Assembly: GCF_009914755.1 (NCBI RefSeq)
Contig: NC_060941.1
Source: the human T2T-CHM13v2.0 reference genome, Homo sapiens
Reading direction: 5' to 3' (one strand)
DNA: 64,000 nt
Position 1 is the first letter of the stretch, and each line of letters begins with the position of its first letter. Position numbers and translations under genes: made by a program. Positions 47,325 to 62,033 of the stretch are shown one piece after another. The notes under the pieces are model-generated. The model was not told the DNA's origin. It saw only the letters and a list, made by a program, of their open reading frames with translations, and searched no databases.

Positions 47325-47760
47325 AATTGTTTTTATAATTGACTTTTAAGGTATTTTATCATGAAGTAAAATGCATGTGTTAAGTGTAGAGTTTATTGAG
47401 TTTTCACAAATGTTTACATACATGTAACTATAACCCCAAACAAGATATAGATCACCTCCATCATTCCAGAAAGTTCTCTTCAGGCCCTTTCCCGGCCAGT
47501 CTCCTACCTTCCCCCTTCTTCCACCCAGATAGCTCATGATCTATTTTCTGTCATTATAATTGAGTTTTGCCTTTTCTGCAACCTCATATAAATGGAATCC
47601 TATGGTGTTTTCCCTTCAGCAATTGTGAGTGTTTGATCCCTAAGCTCTGTATATTTTTTTATTTTTGATAATCATGTGTGTTTTATTTGTAGTTTCTTTC
47701 TTTTTTGCTTCTTTGATGTGAATATACCACTTCATTTGTTTAAATTATTCATTTACTTAT
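47325..47760 (-). mobile_element. L1M 3' end
   Basis: ccatcattccagaaagttctct, ctcatataaatggaatc motifs. Confidence 0.65.
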
Positions 47761-49717
47761 CTAAATCACCTCTAAATTTACTCCTCAGAAGCAGCCATTG
47801 CACCCCACATGGTTCTTAGCACAAAGTAGGTGTTCAGAGTGTCTTGAATAAATGCATGCATGGAAACAACTTTGAAGACATTCATCTGGATCTCTGTTGG
47901 TCATACTTGCATCTCCCTCCTGTGGAAGTGCAAATCGGAGATGGGCCTAGAAAATAGCAGTACAAGTAGATGATGCCAGATGCATATAAATTGTTATTGA
48001 TATTTCTCCTCCTCTTGGGCAGGGTCTTCTTATGGATCCAGCCTGCCCATGGGCTTGAGTGTGGGATGCAGAAGGAAATGTGGAAAGAGATCAGAGCAAT
48101 TGGTAAGAGCAGGGAGAAGAGGGTGAGCAGCTCTGTGAATAAGATAGAAACCAGAGGGACCATCTGTTGGAGGAAAACATTCCAGACATAGGCCCAAGTC
48201 TCTGATCCATTTCTTAATACTGATGCTACCTTGGATACATGATTTAATCACCCTCGATCTCCATTGATTCATACATAAAAGGACAAAATTCGACTAGATG
48301 ACTTTAGTCCTTCCAACCTTAAGATACTATGAAATCTATATTATATAGATGAATAAGAGAAAGAAGTTTACCATGCACTCTCAAAACTCTGCCACCAAAG
48401 CCTGAGATGACTGGTTATTTGAAAGAATTTGTTTTTTACCAGGCAAATGTGCAGAAAGTTCATGTTCTTCTTAGATTCTCTGTCTGGGGTTCTGGTCTGG
48501 GGCTGTTCATTAGGCAGGTGAACAGGATGGGGAAATGTCACCACTGGGCAATGCTGGGTTACTGTAAGAGGAGGTCAGAGCCCAAAGGTCAGGTCACAGG
48601 AGACTAGGCTGGGTAAGCAGGTTCCCATCTCAGGACCAGGGAGAGGTTCATCCTTCATTGGTGTTTCCACAGAGAGTGTAGAGAGGGGACTGTTGCAAAA
48701 CAAAGGACTAAATCCTAAGGGCATATCTCTTAGTTCTTAAGGGACTGAATGTTACCTATGACAAGAATGTATGTTTACTCCTTAGCGGATATGGATGCCT
48801 GATCCCCAGCTTTTCTTTTTCAATTTCATAGATAGGGCATTCGTTGTTGGATCCTTCAGGCAAGCTTGGGTATTTTTTAATAGGAATCATATTTATATTC
48901 CCCTTCCTGGGACACATTTTTCTCCGTGGCTTGGCTTCTCTCAGGTAAGGGGGACAATGTTCAGACATAAGGACTCAAGATCTTAGCAAAGAGATCAACC
49001 TTGCCATTTCAGTTAGCACTTAGCTAATCCCAAACTTGGTTTTCTTCCCAGAGAGAAACACAGCTTGCTGTCAAATAGTCTGTAGACCCTAAATGGCTGG
49101 TTGTACCCCCATGAACACTGGAGAGCCTGCTTAGGGCATTGCTAGTTAGGAAGGTCAGAAGCACTTACTATTGCTGCTGGTCTAGTCTTTAGTCTGTTAC
49201 TATTACTCAGGATGTTTCATAGAAATCTATTTCAGTGGTATGTTGCAGTTTTCCTCATATTTTTTTTCATTGGGCTGGAGTTAATACCCTTGAAAGCTAT
49301 AAAATATTTAAAAAAGAAACATGCACTTTCAGAGTAGACCAAGTGAATTATAGTCAGGCCCATTAATATTTTTGCAATATTGAGTTTGCTATATTAATTG
49401 ATTGAACATTACATGAATTCTCAGTATCATTGTAAAGGCAGGTGACTTTGGTCTTAAGTGGACTACTAGGGCAGGAGGTAGTACTGATATCTACCACTCA
49501 CAGGCTCTGTGTCATTCATTCGGTTTCCCTAGGGTTTAGCGTCCTCAACTATAAAATGAAGAAGTTGAAGGTAATAACTTTGAGGGTCCAGTTCTGTGTC
49601 TAGCCAAGATGCTGGACTCAAACAACTGCCGGCCCTCTTTGCCAAGAGTTATCTGGTAGAGACCAAAGAGGGAAAATACAAGAAAGGGAACAAAGCTGTA
49701 ATAAACTCTGGGGGAAG

Positions 49718-49719
<2 letters not shown>

Positions 49720-49772
<53 letters not shown>

Positions 49773-49777
49773 TGTGT
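49720..49777. repeat. (TG)n microsatellite, one interruption
   Basis: Read directly. Confidence 0.95.
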
Positions 49778-50517
49778 AGCTGACTGAGAAAGGTTAAAAC
49801 AGGAAAGATTTACTAGAACTCGTCTCTTGCTTCTTCATTTCCAATGCCTTCGGACAAACTAGTACCTGCCACCACCCCTTCTATATTTTGATCTCTCATC
49901 CAGGAGTCCTCAGGAGTGACATTAGGGCAACGTTAAAGTCCTGCACTCGTGAAAGCCGAAAAAGAACAGATGGGGGGATAGTTAACTACTATAGTCATTT
50001 AGTACCAAAAAAAATGATAGGCAACCCTTTTAGCTATGTGCTTGCAACATGGACAAAAAAACCCACGAGAAAACACAGAACAAAACTAAGAAGAAATATT
50101 AGATGGAAAAACTAAAATAGCAAAAATAAGGCAAATAGCAAATTAAATAAATAGCAGAAAAAGGAAGAGATTGAGGAAATCTCCAAGATGGAAGAAGAAA
50201 AATAAAAAGAAACTTAAAATATCAAGAAAAGCCATGATATACGGGGGAGAGAGGTGAACTGTTAAAACCCAGATAATAGACATCCCATAAATAGAGAGAC
50301 TTTTTTTTTTAACAAATGAGAGGTAAAACAAAAACTTTGAAAAGTGAGAAAGAAATTTTTCCTGAATTAAAAAGAGAATGGAATCAATGAGTAGATATAT
50401 GAGAAACCTCATGCCTAGATACACTGTAAGGTAATCTAATAACATAAAGAAAAAGAACCTAAAACTCTTACAGAGAGAAAGAGATGATTAATATAAAGAT
50501 ATAAGATTGATATCAGA

Positions 50518-50815
<298 letters not shown>

Positions 50816-51417
50816 TCACATCGGACTTTCCAACAGCAACACTAGAAACAAAAAACAATAGAGGGAAGTTTAGAAAGACTTAAAGAAAGAAAACTTAGAA
50901 TATCACATTTTATTTCATTTTTTCCAGCTCAATTGAGGTATGACTGACAAATAAGAATTGAATATATTTAAGGTATACAATGTGATGTTTTGATATACAT
51001 ATACATTGTGAAATGATTGCCACAGTCAGGCTAATTAACACATCCTCACACAGTTACCTCTGTGTGTGTATGTGTCTACACTCTTAGAAAATTTCAAGTA
51101 TAAAATTTATGATTATTAACTAAAGTCGTCATGCTATACATTGTCTCCAGAACTTATTCATCTAATAACTGAAGGTTTGTACCTTTTGTCCAACATCTAT
51201 TTCTCCCATTGTCCAGTCTCAGTCCCACTATACTACTCTGCTTTTTTTTAAGATTTCACACGTAGTGAGATCATGCAGTGTTTGTATTTTTGTATCTGGC
51301 TTATTTCACTTAGCATCATGACTTCAGGTTCATTCTATCGTCTCAAATGGCAAGATTTCCTTTTATTATACCTGAATAGCATTCCACTATGTGTATATAC
51401 GTAAAACTAGTATAAAC

Positions 51418-51421
51418 AGAT

Positions 51422-51474
<53 letters not shown>
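51418..51474. repeat. (AGAT)12 tetranucleotide STR preceded by AGAT AGAA
   Basis: Read directly. Confidence 0.95.
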
Positions 51475-52102
51475 TCCATATGTATATAATACAAGATTTA
51501 TGGTAGCCTTATGATCCTTTGTATTTTTGTAGTATCAGTTATAATGTCTCCTCTCTCATTTCTGCTTTAATTTATTTTAGTCTTCTCCCTTATTTCTCAA
51601 TTAGTCTAGCTAAAGGTTTGTCAAGTTTAATTTTTCAGAAAGCCAACTCTCAGTTTCACTGATCTTTTCTATTACTTTTTTAGTCTCTTTTTCATTTATT
51701 TCTTCTTTGGTCTTAGTTATTGTTTTCCCTCTCCTAACTTTGGACTTAGTTTCTTCTTCTTTTTCTAATTTTTTGAGGTAGAAAGTTAGATTGTTTATTT
51801 GAGATCTTCATTTTTTCATAATATAAAATTCTTTCATTACAAAATTCTCTCCTTGAACTGCTTTTGCTGCATTCCATAAGTTTTGGACTGCTGCATTTCC
51901 ATTTTATTTGTCTTAAGATTTTGAAAAGTTTTCCTTTTTAGTTTTTTCTTCAATTCATTTGTTCTTCAGGTGTGTTTAATTTCAACATACTCATAAATTT
52001 TCCAGTTTTCTTCCTGTTACTGATTTCTAGTTTTATACCATGTGGTAAGAAAAGATACTTGATGAAATTTCTGTCTTTTTAAATTTGTTAAGACTTATTT
52101 TT

Positions 52103-52273
<171 letters not shown>

Positions 52274-53293
52274 AAGACTTATTCTGTGGACTAACATATG
52301 ATCTATTTTGAAGAATGGTCCATGTGCATTGAGAAGAATGTGTATTCTTCTGCTGTTGAACAGAATGTTCTGTATATGTCTCTTAGATTTATTTGGTCTA
52401 AAATGTAGTTCAAGTCCAATATTTCCATATTAGTCTTCTTTCTGGATAATCTATCCTTTGCTGAAAGTGTCATATTTAATTTCCCTCATATTATTGAATT
52501 GCTATTTCTCCCTTCTGATCTGTTAATATTTGTTTTATATATTTAAGTGGACTAATGTTGGGTGCCTATATCTTTATAATTGTTATATCAACTTGATAAA
52601 TGGACTCTTTTATCATTATATAATGACCTTCTTTGCTTCTTGTGAAAATTATTGATTGAGGTCTATTTTGCATAAGTATTGCTACCCTGCTCCTTTTTGT
52701 TTTTTATCTGCATATTTTCTATCCCTTTACTTTCCATCTACGTGTGTCCTTCAAGTTGAAGTGGGAGTCTTGTAAGCAGCATATGGTTGTGTCTTGCTTC
52801 TTTTAAAAAAATTGATTCTGCCACTCTATGTTTTCTTATTGAAGGGTTAATTGATTTTCTTTTTAAATAATTACCAATAGATAAGGACTATTATTGCCAT
52901 TTTGTTCATTATTTTCTGAATATTTTGCAGTTTCTTTGTTCCTTTCGTCCTCCTTGCTATTTTCTGTTGTGGATTTTCTGTTGTGGTATGCTTTGATTGC
53001 TTTCTATTTATCTTTTGTGTATCCAGTATAGGTTTTGTCTTTGTAGTAACCTTATGGTAATCATAAGGTTTACACCAAACATTTCATAGTTATAACAGTA
53101 TTTTAAGCTAACAACTTAACTTTGGTTACATAAAAAGACTCTACACTTTATTTACACACACACACTGTCACTTTGTTTTGCTGTCATAATTTACATCTTT
53201 TTACATTGTGTATCCATAAGCATATTGTTGTGGTTATTTTTACTTTTATTAATTTAGTTTAATCTTTATACCACAGTTAAAAGTGATTTACAG

Positions 53294-53631
<338 letters not shown>

Positions 53632-55985
53632 TTATGTACTTACCTTTACCCGTGAGTTTTATATATTTACATGTTTTTACGTTACTAATTAGCACCCTTT
53701 CATTTTAGCTTGAAGAACTCCCTTTAGCATTTCTTATAAGTCAGGTATAGAGGTGATGACCTCCCTTCGCTTTTTTTTTTTTTTTTGGTCTGGGATTCTT
53801 TATCTTTTATTTTTGAAGGACAGCTTTGCCAGGTAAAATATTCTTGGTTGGTATTTTATTTTCTCTCAGCACTTTGAATATATCATTCCACTCTCCTTTC
53901 TATTGCAAGATTTCTGCTGAGAAATCTGCTGATAGCTTCGTGGGGGCTCTCCTTTATGTGATGGTTTTCTTTTCTCTTGTTTCTTTCAAAATTATTTGTC
54001 TTTGATTTTTGACAACATGATTATAATGCATTTTGGTGAAGTTCTTTTTGAGTCAAATCTGTTGAACCTTGAGCTTCGTGTACCTAGATGTTCATCTTTC
54101 ACAGATTTGAGAGATTTTTCAAGCATTATTTCTATTATGAGATTTTTGTACCCCTTTCTCTCCCTGATTTTTCAAGGAATTCTGTAATGCATATATTAGT
54201 TCTCTTAATGGTGTTCCATAAATCCCATAGGCTTCCTTCATTTTTTCATTCTTTTTTTCTTTCTTCTCCTCTGACTAGATAATTTTAAATGATCTGTCTT
54301 TGACTTCACAAATTCTTTCTTCTGCTAGATGAAGTCTGCTGCTGATGTTCTTTATTGCATTTTTAATTTTATTCACTGCATTCCTCATCTCCAGAATTTC
54401 TAATTGGTTCTTTTTAATTTCTATATATTTGTTGAACCTAATTTTGTTCATGTATTGTTTCCCTTATTTCACTGAGTGTTTTCTCTCTGTGCTGTCTCAT
54501 AGCTTTCTGATCTTTCTTCAGACAGTCATTTTAAATTCTTTGTTAGTCAATTCATAGGTCTCCATTTTGGGGTGTTGGTTACTGGAGCTTCGTTAGTTTC
54601 CTTTGGTAGTGTCATGATTTCCTGATTCTTCATGGTGTGTATAGCCTTCATTTGATTTTTATGCATTTGAGAGAACAAACAGCCACTTCCTGTCTTTACA
54701 GACTGGTTTTAGTGGTAAAACCTCCTTCTACCAGGTCCCTGGACTGATGAGACTGCCTCCCAGAATTGAACATGGCTAAAGCTGGGCCACATGGCTGTTG
54801 CACAGTACATAGTTGCTTTCACATTTGGCAGGCCTGTATTTGAAGTCTTGTGCAGGCATGATTCCTTCCAGATCCCAAGTGGATAGGGCTGTCTCCTGGA
54901 CCATGGGCAAGCAGGGCTGGAGCCAGTCATGGGGCTGTTTCCAGGTATACAGTTGCGTCTGCAGACAGTGTACCTATTACTAGGGGCACAGAAGGGTATG
55001 GTTCCTGATAAGTCCCTGTGTGGGTCCCTCGGTGGGTAGGATTGCCTCTGTCATTGTGGTAGAGCAGAGCTGGAGGTGGGTCACAAAGCTGCTTCAGGTC
55101 CCAGCGTCAAGACCAATATCAGCAGCCTGGCTCTGTGGGCTTAGATGTGCATATGTCCCACCAGTTCCCTGAACAGACAGGACTGCTCTTGGACTGCAGA
55201 AGAGTAGGGCTGGAACTGAGTCTCAGGAAAACTTCAGGGTCTATAGCCAGGACTGAGTTTGGCAGGCCTATTACCAGGGGGACAATGGGCATCAGTGGGT
55301 TCTTTGGTGGGTAGGACTGAGAGGAGGGCTGGAGCCAGATCAAAGGGCAGCTTCAGGATTTGCAGTCAGGTCCACATCCCAGTGGGCCTGTTACTGAGAG
55401 CACAGATATAAATGGCTTCTCCCAGGTTCCTGTGAGGGCAGGGTTCATACCAGACTGGCAATATAGTGGGGATGGAATCAGGTCAGAGCCACTTCAGGAT
55501 CTGTTAGGGATGGAATCAGGTCAGAGCCACATCAGGATCTGTAGTCAGGTCTGTGGCAAGCAGGCTTGTTACCAGAGGCATGGACGAGTATGACTCCTCT
55601 TGGGTCCCTTGGAAAATATGCTGGTTGCAAGGCCATGGCCAAGTGAGGCTGAAATCAAGTCCATAGAGAGGAGGGGCTGCTTTTGATCTGATGCTGGGAT
55701 AATATTCAGCAAGTCTGACACCAGGGCTTTGCTCTGCATTCTCAAAGCAGCTCTCCCTGGTCTCTGGTTTTACTGCGGCTTTTCAACCTCCTATCTATAT
55801 TCTAATGCTCCCACAAAGGTACTTTTTTTCCATGGATGGCTGCCAGATCACTGCTTGTGTGGGAGGCTGTGAGCTGGGAACCTTCTATTCTACCATCTGG
55901 CAGATGTCTGAACCTCCAATTTTATAGCCAGCCAAATGGTCACTCAATTAAGAGGTAGTGATATAAAATATTCTTAGGTATATAG

Positions 55986-56340
<355 letters not shown>

Positions 56341-58124
56341 CTGGATGATTTTTTTCCAACAGTGGGAATAGACAACAAAAAATATTACAAGAGATAATTT
56401 GACAACAAAAAAATGGTCAAATACCTTGATAAAATTTCTTGTTATCTTTTTTTTAACAAAGAAAACTAATACCAAGAAGAAAACAATTTACTACAATAAC
56501 TTACAAATAAAAGTTTAGACATTCACATGATATCAAGAGATTCAGGAAAGAGACCAAAGAATAAGAGAAAGTACTAAAGTTCCTGATTGCTAGGCTAGAA
56601 ATATAGACATCATTTATTATTAAGTAAAAATGATTGAAAGTAACATAGGAAAAATGGAACAGAATAAAATAATAAATTAAGTTGGTAGAAATAATCCCAA
56701 ATATAACAACAATTACTATTTAACAACTGAAGTCATCAGTTAAAAATACCAAAGATTTGGCAGATTTGAAAATAAATAAAACCCAGATTCAGGTTGTTTA
56801 TAAGAGATATGTCTATGCATAAGGGCACATCAAAGATCATAGGTAAAATGATGAAAATTATATATATGAAATAAAAACAGAGAATATTCCACAAATCATT
56901 TTTTTAATCTGACATATCCCAATACAAAACCAGACAGACATTACATGAAATAAAATGAGAATTACAGGATTATTTTATTCACAAATTAGATAAAAAGTTA
57001 AAACAAAGAGTTTGTAATTCAATGCAACACTATACAAAAACATAAAGCACTAGAACTATGTAGAAATAGTCTCAGTCTACACAATAATTATTTGATAGAA
57101 GAAAATTGATAACTGTAGTAGTTATAAATTTATAACAGTAACTGCTACAGTTATAAATTTTCTTATATGAAATTATTATTAAAAATTAGTACATTCAAAG
57201 AGAAAAATTGTAATCTCAACAAATGCAGAATACAGAAAAAAAGATACAAATTCAAAACCCGTTGAAATAAAAAAGAAGTACTAGTTATATAGGAATAAAA
57301 ACAGTCTTTTTAAATGTATAAAACATTAGCATAAAACTCCTACAGCAAATATATGAAATGGAAAAACATTAGACATATTTTTCCAAAATGAGAAATGTTA
57401 CATGGATGCACACTAGTATTCAACATTGTATTGAAGGTTCTAGCCACTGCAATAAAAACAATTGAGGCATAAAACTTTAAAATATGGAGGAAAACCTGTC
57501 ATTATTTGAAGAAAAATTCTGTCATTTTACATAGTGTAAAAAGCCAGTAATTATTAGGACAATTTTGTAAACACAAGCAGTGAGGAGGAACTTGCTTTAT
57601 GGCATATGACTTCTTATTAAATAATAATTATTGAAGCAATATAGTATTGGCACCAGAATAGACAAATTGATCTATGGAATAGAATAGAAAACTTAGATAT
57701 CAGCCCACATAAGCATGATGTTTTGCTATTAAGGGTGGTGACATGTCAAATTAGTGATGAAAGGGGGAGAAAAAACTTATTATCCAAACTAAAAAATAAT
57801 AATAATGCATCCCTACCTCACACCATATACATAAGTCAACCTGAAATAGCTCAAGGGTTCAAATAACAAAATAAAACTTTCAAATACTTAGCAGAAATTA
57901 TAATATGAATAAATATTATTTTGACCTTGGGATAAACATAATTTTTAAAAATAAGGCATAAAAATCATACAGCATAGAAGAAAAGACTGGCAAATTTGAC
58001 TAACTTAAAATAAAAAAGGATTGTACACTAAAAGATGATTTAAAAGGAAAACAATTATTTACAAACTATGGGAAAATATTTGCAAAACACAGAAACAAAA
58101 CATTAGTATCAAGAATAAATAACT

Positions 58125-58250
58125 GGCTGGGTGTGGTGTCTCACACTTGTAATCCCAGCACTTTGGGAGGCCTATGTGGGAGGATTGTTTGAGCCTAGGA
58201 GTTTGAGACCAGCGTGGGCAACATAGCAAGACCCTGTCACTATTTTTAAA
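58125..58250 (+). mobile_element. FLAM_C monomer
   Basis: Single left monomer; TSD aagaataaataact / aagaataaatgact. Confidence 0.88.
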
Positions 58251-59309
58251 AAGAATAAATGACTAATCAAATAAGTAATAAGAGAGTAAAATAGAAAGAT
58301 GGACAAAAGTCATAAGTAGAAATTTTACACATAACCAATAAATATGTTGAAGATATTTGACATCATTAGTGATCAGGGAAATGCTAGTCAAGAGTATAGT
58401 AGGTTATCACCTTATACTCATTAGATTGGCAAAAATTTATAAGACTAATAGTTCCAATTTATAAGACTAATAGTACCAAGTGCTGGAAAAAAATATAGAT
58501 CCTTGAGTTCTATGAGGTACAATTATTTTGAGACATTAGTTCCCAAAGTTAAAAATATTATGTACCAAATAACTCACCAGTTCCGCTCTTAGGAGTACAC
58601 GTAAGAGAATTAAGCATGCAGCAGAAATAAACAAGTTCTTAAGTTCTTAGTGGCACTGTTTACCATAGCAAAACAACAACAAGGAAATAATGCAAACATC
58701 CATTAACAGAAAGTAGATGAATGAAATGCTATATTGATGCAATGGAATATTATGTAACTACCAAAATTGATGACTGTAGTAACAGTCAACAATCTGGATG
58801 TATCTTAGCAATATATTATTAAGTAAAAATTGTGAGTCCATAAAGATTACATATAGCTTGGTATCCTTTTTATAAAGCTATAAGTGTATATATTTATACA
58901 TATTCATAGTAATCTTAGAATTATATCTAGGTACAATAAATCTGCATAAAAAAAGATAGGAAGGCCATGATGAATGCAGGATTCAGGATGATGGCTACCT
59001 CAGGTGGGGAAAGCAAAGACTGGAGAATCACATGGCTATTTGTAGGCTACTGCTCATATCCTAGTTTGTGCTGGGAGGATGGGATCATGGATGCTTATTA
59101 TATTATTATAAGTTAAGAAAGGAATGAATAAAGGAAGAATAAAAGGGAGGAAAAAAGAAAGGCAGGCTATGCCTGAATCAGTGATAACATGTGTTACAAA
59201 GCAAAGATTATTACTGAGCTGATACTTTGCACCCCTGAAAAAAACTCAAACAAATGCAAATAAAATGACAGGGTATGGCTGAATGATTTTATGTGCTTAG
59301 CCATCCATG

Positions 59310-59472
59310 GCCTTGCTACTCAAAGTGTGACCCATGTTCCAGCAGCATCTACATCACCTGGGAGCTTGCTGGAAATGCAGAATCTCAGCTCTCCTCCAGA
59401 CTGACTGAATCAGGATCTAAATTTACAAGATACCATGTGGTTTTTGTGCACATAAAGTTGGGGAAGCATTGG
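59310..59472. mobile_element. MER5A-type hAT element
   Basis: gctactcaaagtgtg..cagcagcatc..catcacctgggagcttg..gaaatgcagaatctcag. Confidence 0.85.
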
Positions 59473-60785
59473 TCTACAGCATTCTCCGTATTGGAAGTGG
59501 GAGCTATCACTTGGAATAGCTCAGAAACCAAGGGTCTTGATCATGCCTGTCCGAATTACTCCCTGCCAGTCTTCCACACTGTGTACCTACACAGGGCAGC
59601 CTAAGAAGTACTGACAGTGGCTGTGGGATTCTGGACAAGCTGCCTTGGAGGTTTGCCTCATTGGCAGTGATTCTCAGGCTGGCCTGTGTAGACATAGGGT
59701 TTGGAAGAATGGCAGGGAGTGACCCAGATGAGAGATATGGGTAGAGTCTGTATGTTACCTATATAGACTACCTCTACATAGGTAAAGCCCAGCCAAGATG
59801 TGCATGCATTATAGTCCTGCTGTACCCCAGTCCCACCCCACAGTAATTTGATTCCAATACCTCATGCATTGTTAAAAATCACACCCCTTACCAGGATATA
59901 CAATTCCAGCAGTCAGAAGTCATCTTTAAAGTTCCAGTGGTTAATACCATTGCACTGTAGTTTCTTAACACGTGGTTGTTTACTGGATGATAATTTAGCA
60001 TGTAATAAAGATGTCTTTTCAAAATTGTGGGGAATAGATGGTTTATTCAACAAACAATGAAACACTTGACTACATGCCTGCAATACTTACCATCAGAACC
60101 ACACAATTTTACATTAAAAATTCATCGAGACATCATGGTGTCACTGAAAAATGACAGGTTTCTGAATCAGGAAGACTTGCCTTTTGTTTGATCATTCGTT
60201 CATTTAGCAAATATTGAGCACATACTATGTTCCAGACACAAATACTGACTAGCTATACCGTCAGCAGCAAACCACCTTGTTTGAGCCTCTGTTTCTTCAT
60301 TTGTAAATACAGCTATTAACATCCACCTCATGGAGCTTTGGGGAAAATTAAATGAGATAATTTGTGAAAAATATCAGCCTAGGGTCACATTAAAGTTATA
60401 TAATTTGAGTATGTAGGTAGGTTTTATCTCCCTACATGAATTATAAGTGCAAATCTGGTCATCTGCTATTCCACCATTCCAGGAGAGTAGAATACATACT
60501 TTTTGTCTGGCCAAGTGGAAATTTCAGGCCATTCAGATCTATATGGCTAAGACAGAAGTGTTGGAATCACAACTAAATCACCTGGTGTTATTTGTGGGAT
60601 TCTGGACAAGCTGCCCTGGAAGGTTTGCCTCAGAGCACTAAAAACTGATGGCTAATCCTTTGCGCTATGTTGTACAGAAAAGCAAAGGTGAAGAATTAGG
60701 AAGTGAGAAACTTACTAAAATAAGTCTCCTATCTTAGCCATTTTAAAGTAGAAATAGACAAACTTTGAATGTACAATTGCGTGGC

Positions 60786-61273
60786 TGTATTAGTCAGGAT
60801 TCTCTAGAGAGATGGAACTAATAGGATATATATATATATATATATATAGATATACATGCATATGATATCTCATATATATATCCCATATATATATATAGGA
60901 GTTTATTAAGTATTAATTCACACAATCACAGGGTCCCACAATAGGCTGTCTGCAAGCTGAGGAGCAAGGACAGCCAGTCTGAGTCCCAAAACTGAAGAAC
61001 TTGGAGTCCGATGTTTGAGGGCAGGAAGCACCCAGCACGGGAAAAGGATGTAGGCTGGGAGGCTAGGCCAGTCTAACCTTTTCATGTGTTTTGCCTGCTT
61101 TATATTCACTCGCAGCTGATTAGATGGTGCCCACCCAGATTGGTGGGTCTGCCTTCCCCAGCCCAGTGACTCAAACGTTAATCTCCTTTGGCAACATCCT
61201 CAAAAATAAACCCAGGATCAATACTTTGCATCCTCCAATTCAATCAAGTTGACACTCAGTATTAACCACAACA
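60786..61273 (-). mobile_element. MLT2A (HERV-L) solo LTR
   Basis: tgtattagtcagg...ttgacactcagtattaaccacaaca with internal (TA)n; perfect TSD gtggc at 60781-60785 and 61274-61278. Confidence 0.92.
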
Positions 61274-61296
61274 GTGGCTCTGAATATAAGAGCTGA

Positions 61297-61656
<360 letters not shown>

Positions 61657-61992
61657 TGAATAATGGATGTTAAAAAAGGATGGAAAGAAATAAGGATAGG
61701 AAAAGACAGGAAGAAAGGAAGGAAGACAGGGAAAGAAAAGAACAAAGAAAAAAGGAAACATGCTTGTTAAATGCTCTTACATGCCTTGGCATCTCAACAA
61801 AACTAAGTTCTCAAAGCAGGACCTCAAAAATCTCTGTAGCACATCACTCACTTGTTAACTTGTTCCCCAGACTTGGGCTCTGGTTAAATCTGTACTCATT
61901 ATGGCTATTAAAGAAAGCATTCATGTATCTGGGAGTATTCACGTATGTGAACAATTGTCTACAACCATGGGGCATACTGGTATATATTTAGG

Positions 61993-61996
<4 letters not shown>

Positions 61997-62032
<36 letters not shown>
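61997..62032. repeat. (AC)18 microsatellite
   Basis: Read directly. Confidence 0.95.

Positions 62033-62033
<1 letters not shown>

Noticed and set aside
54770-55690. Regularly spaced motifs considered as a repeat-spacer array
   Set aside because: The intervening sequences are homologous to one another; these are degenerate tandem monomers of an L1 5' UTR
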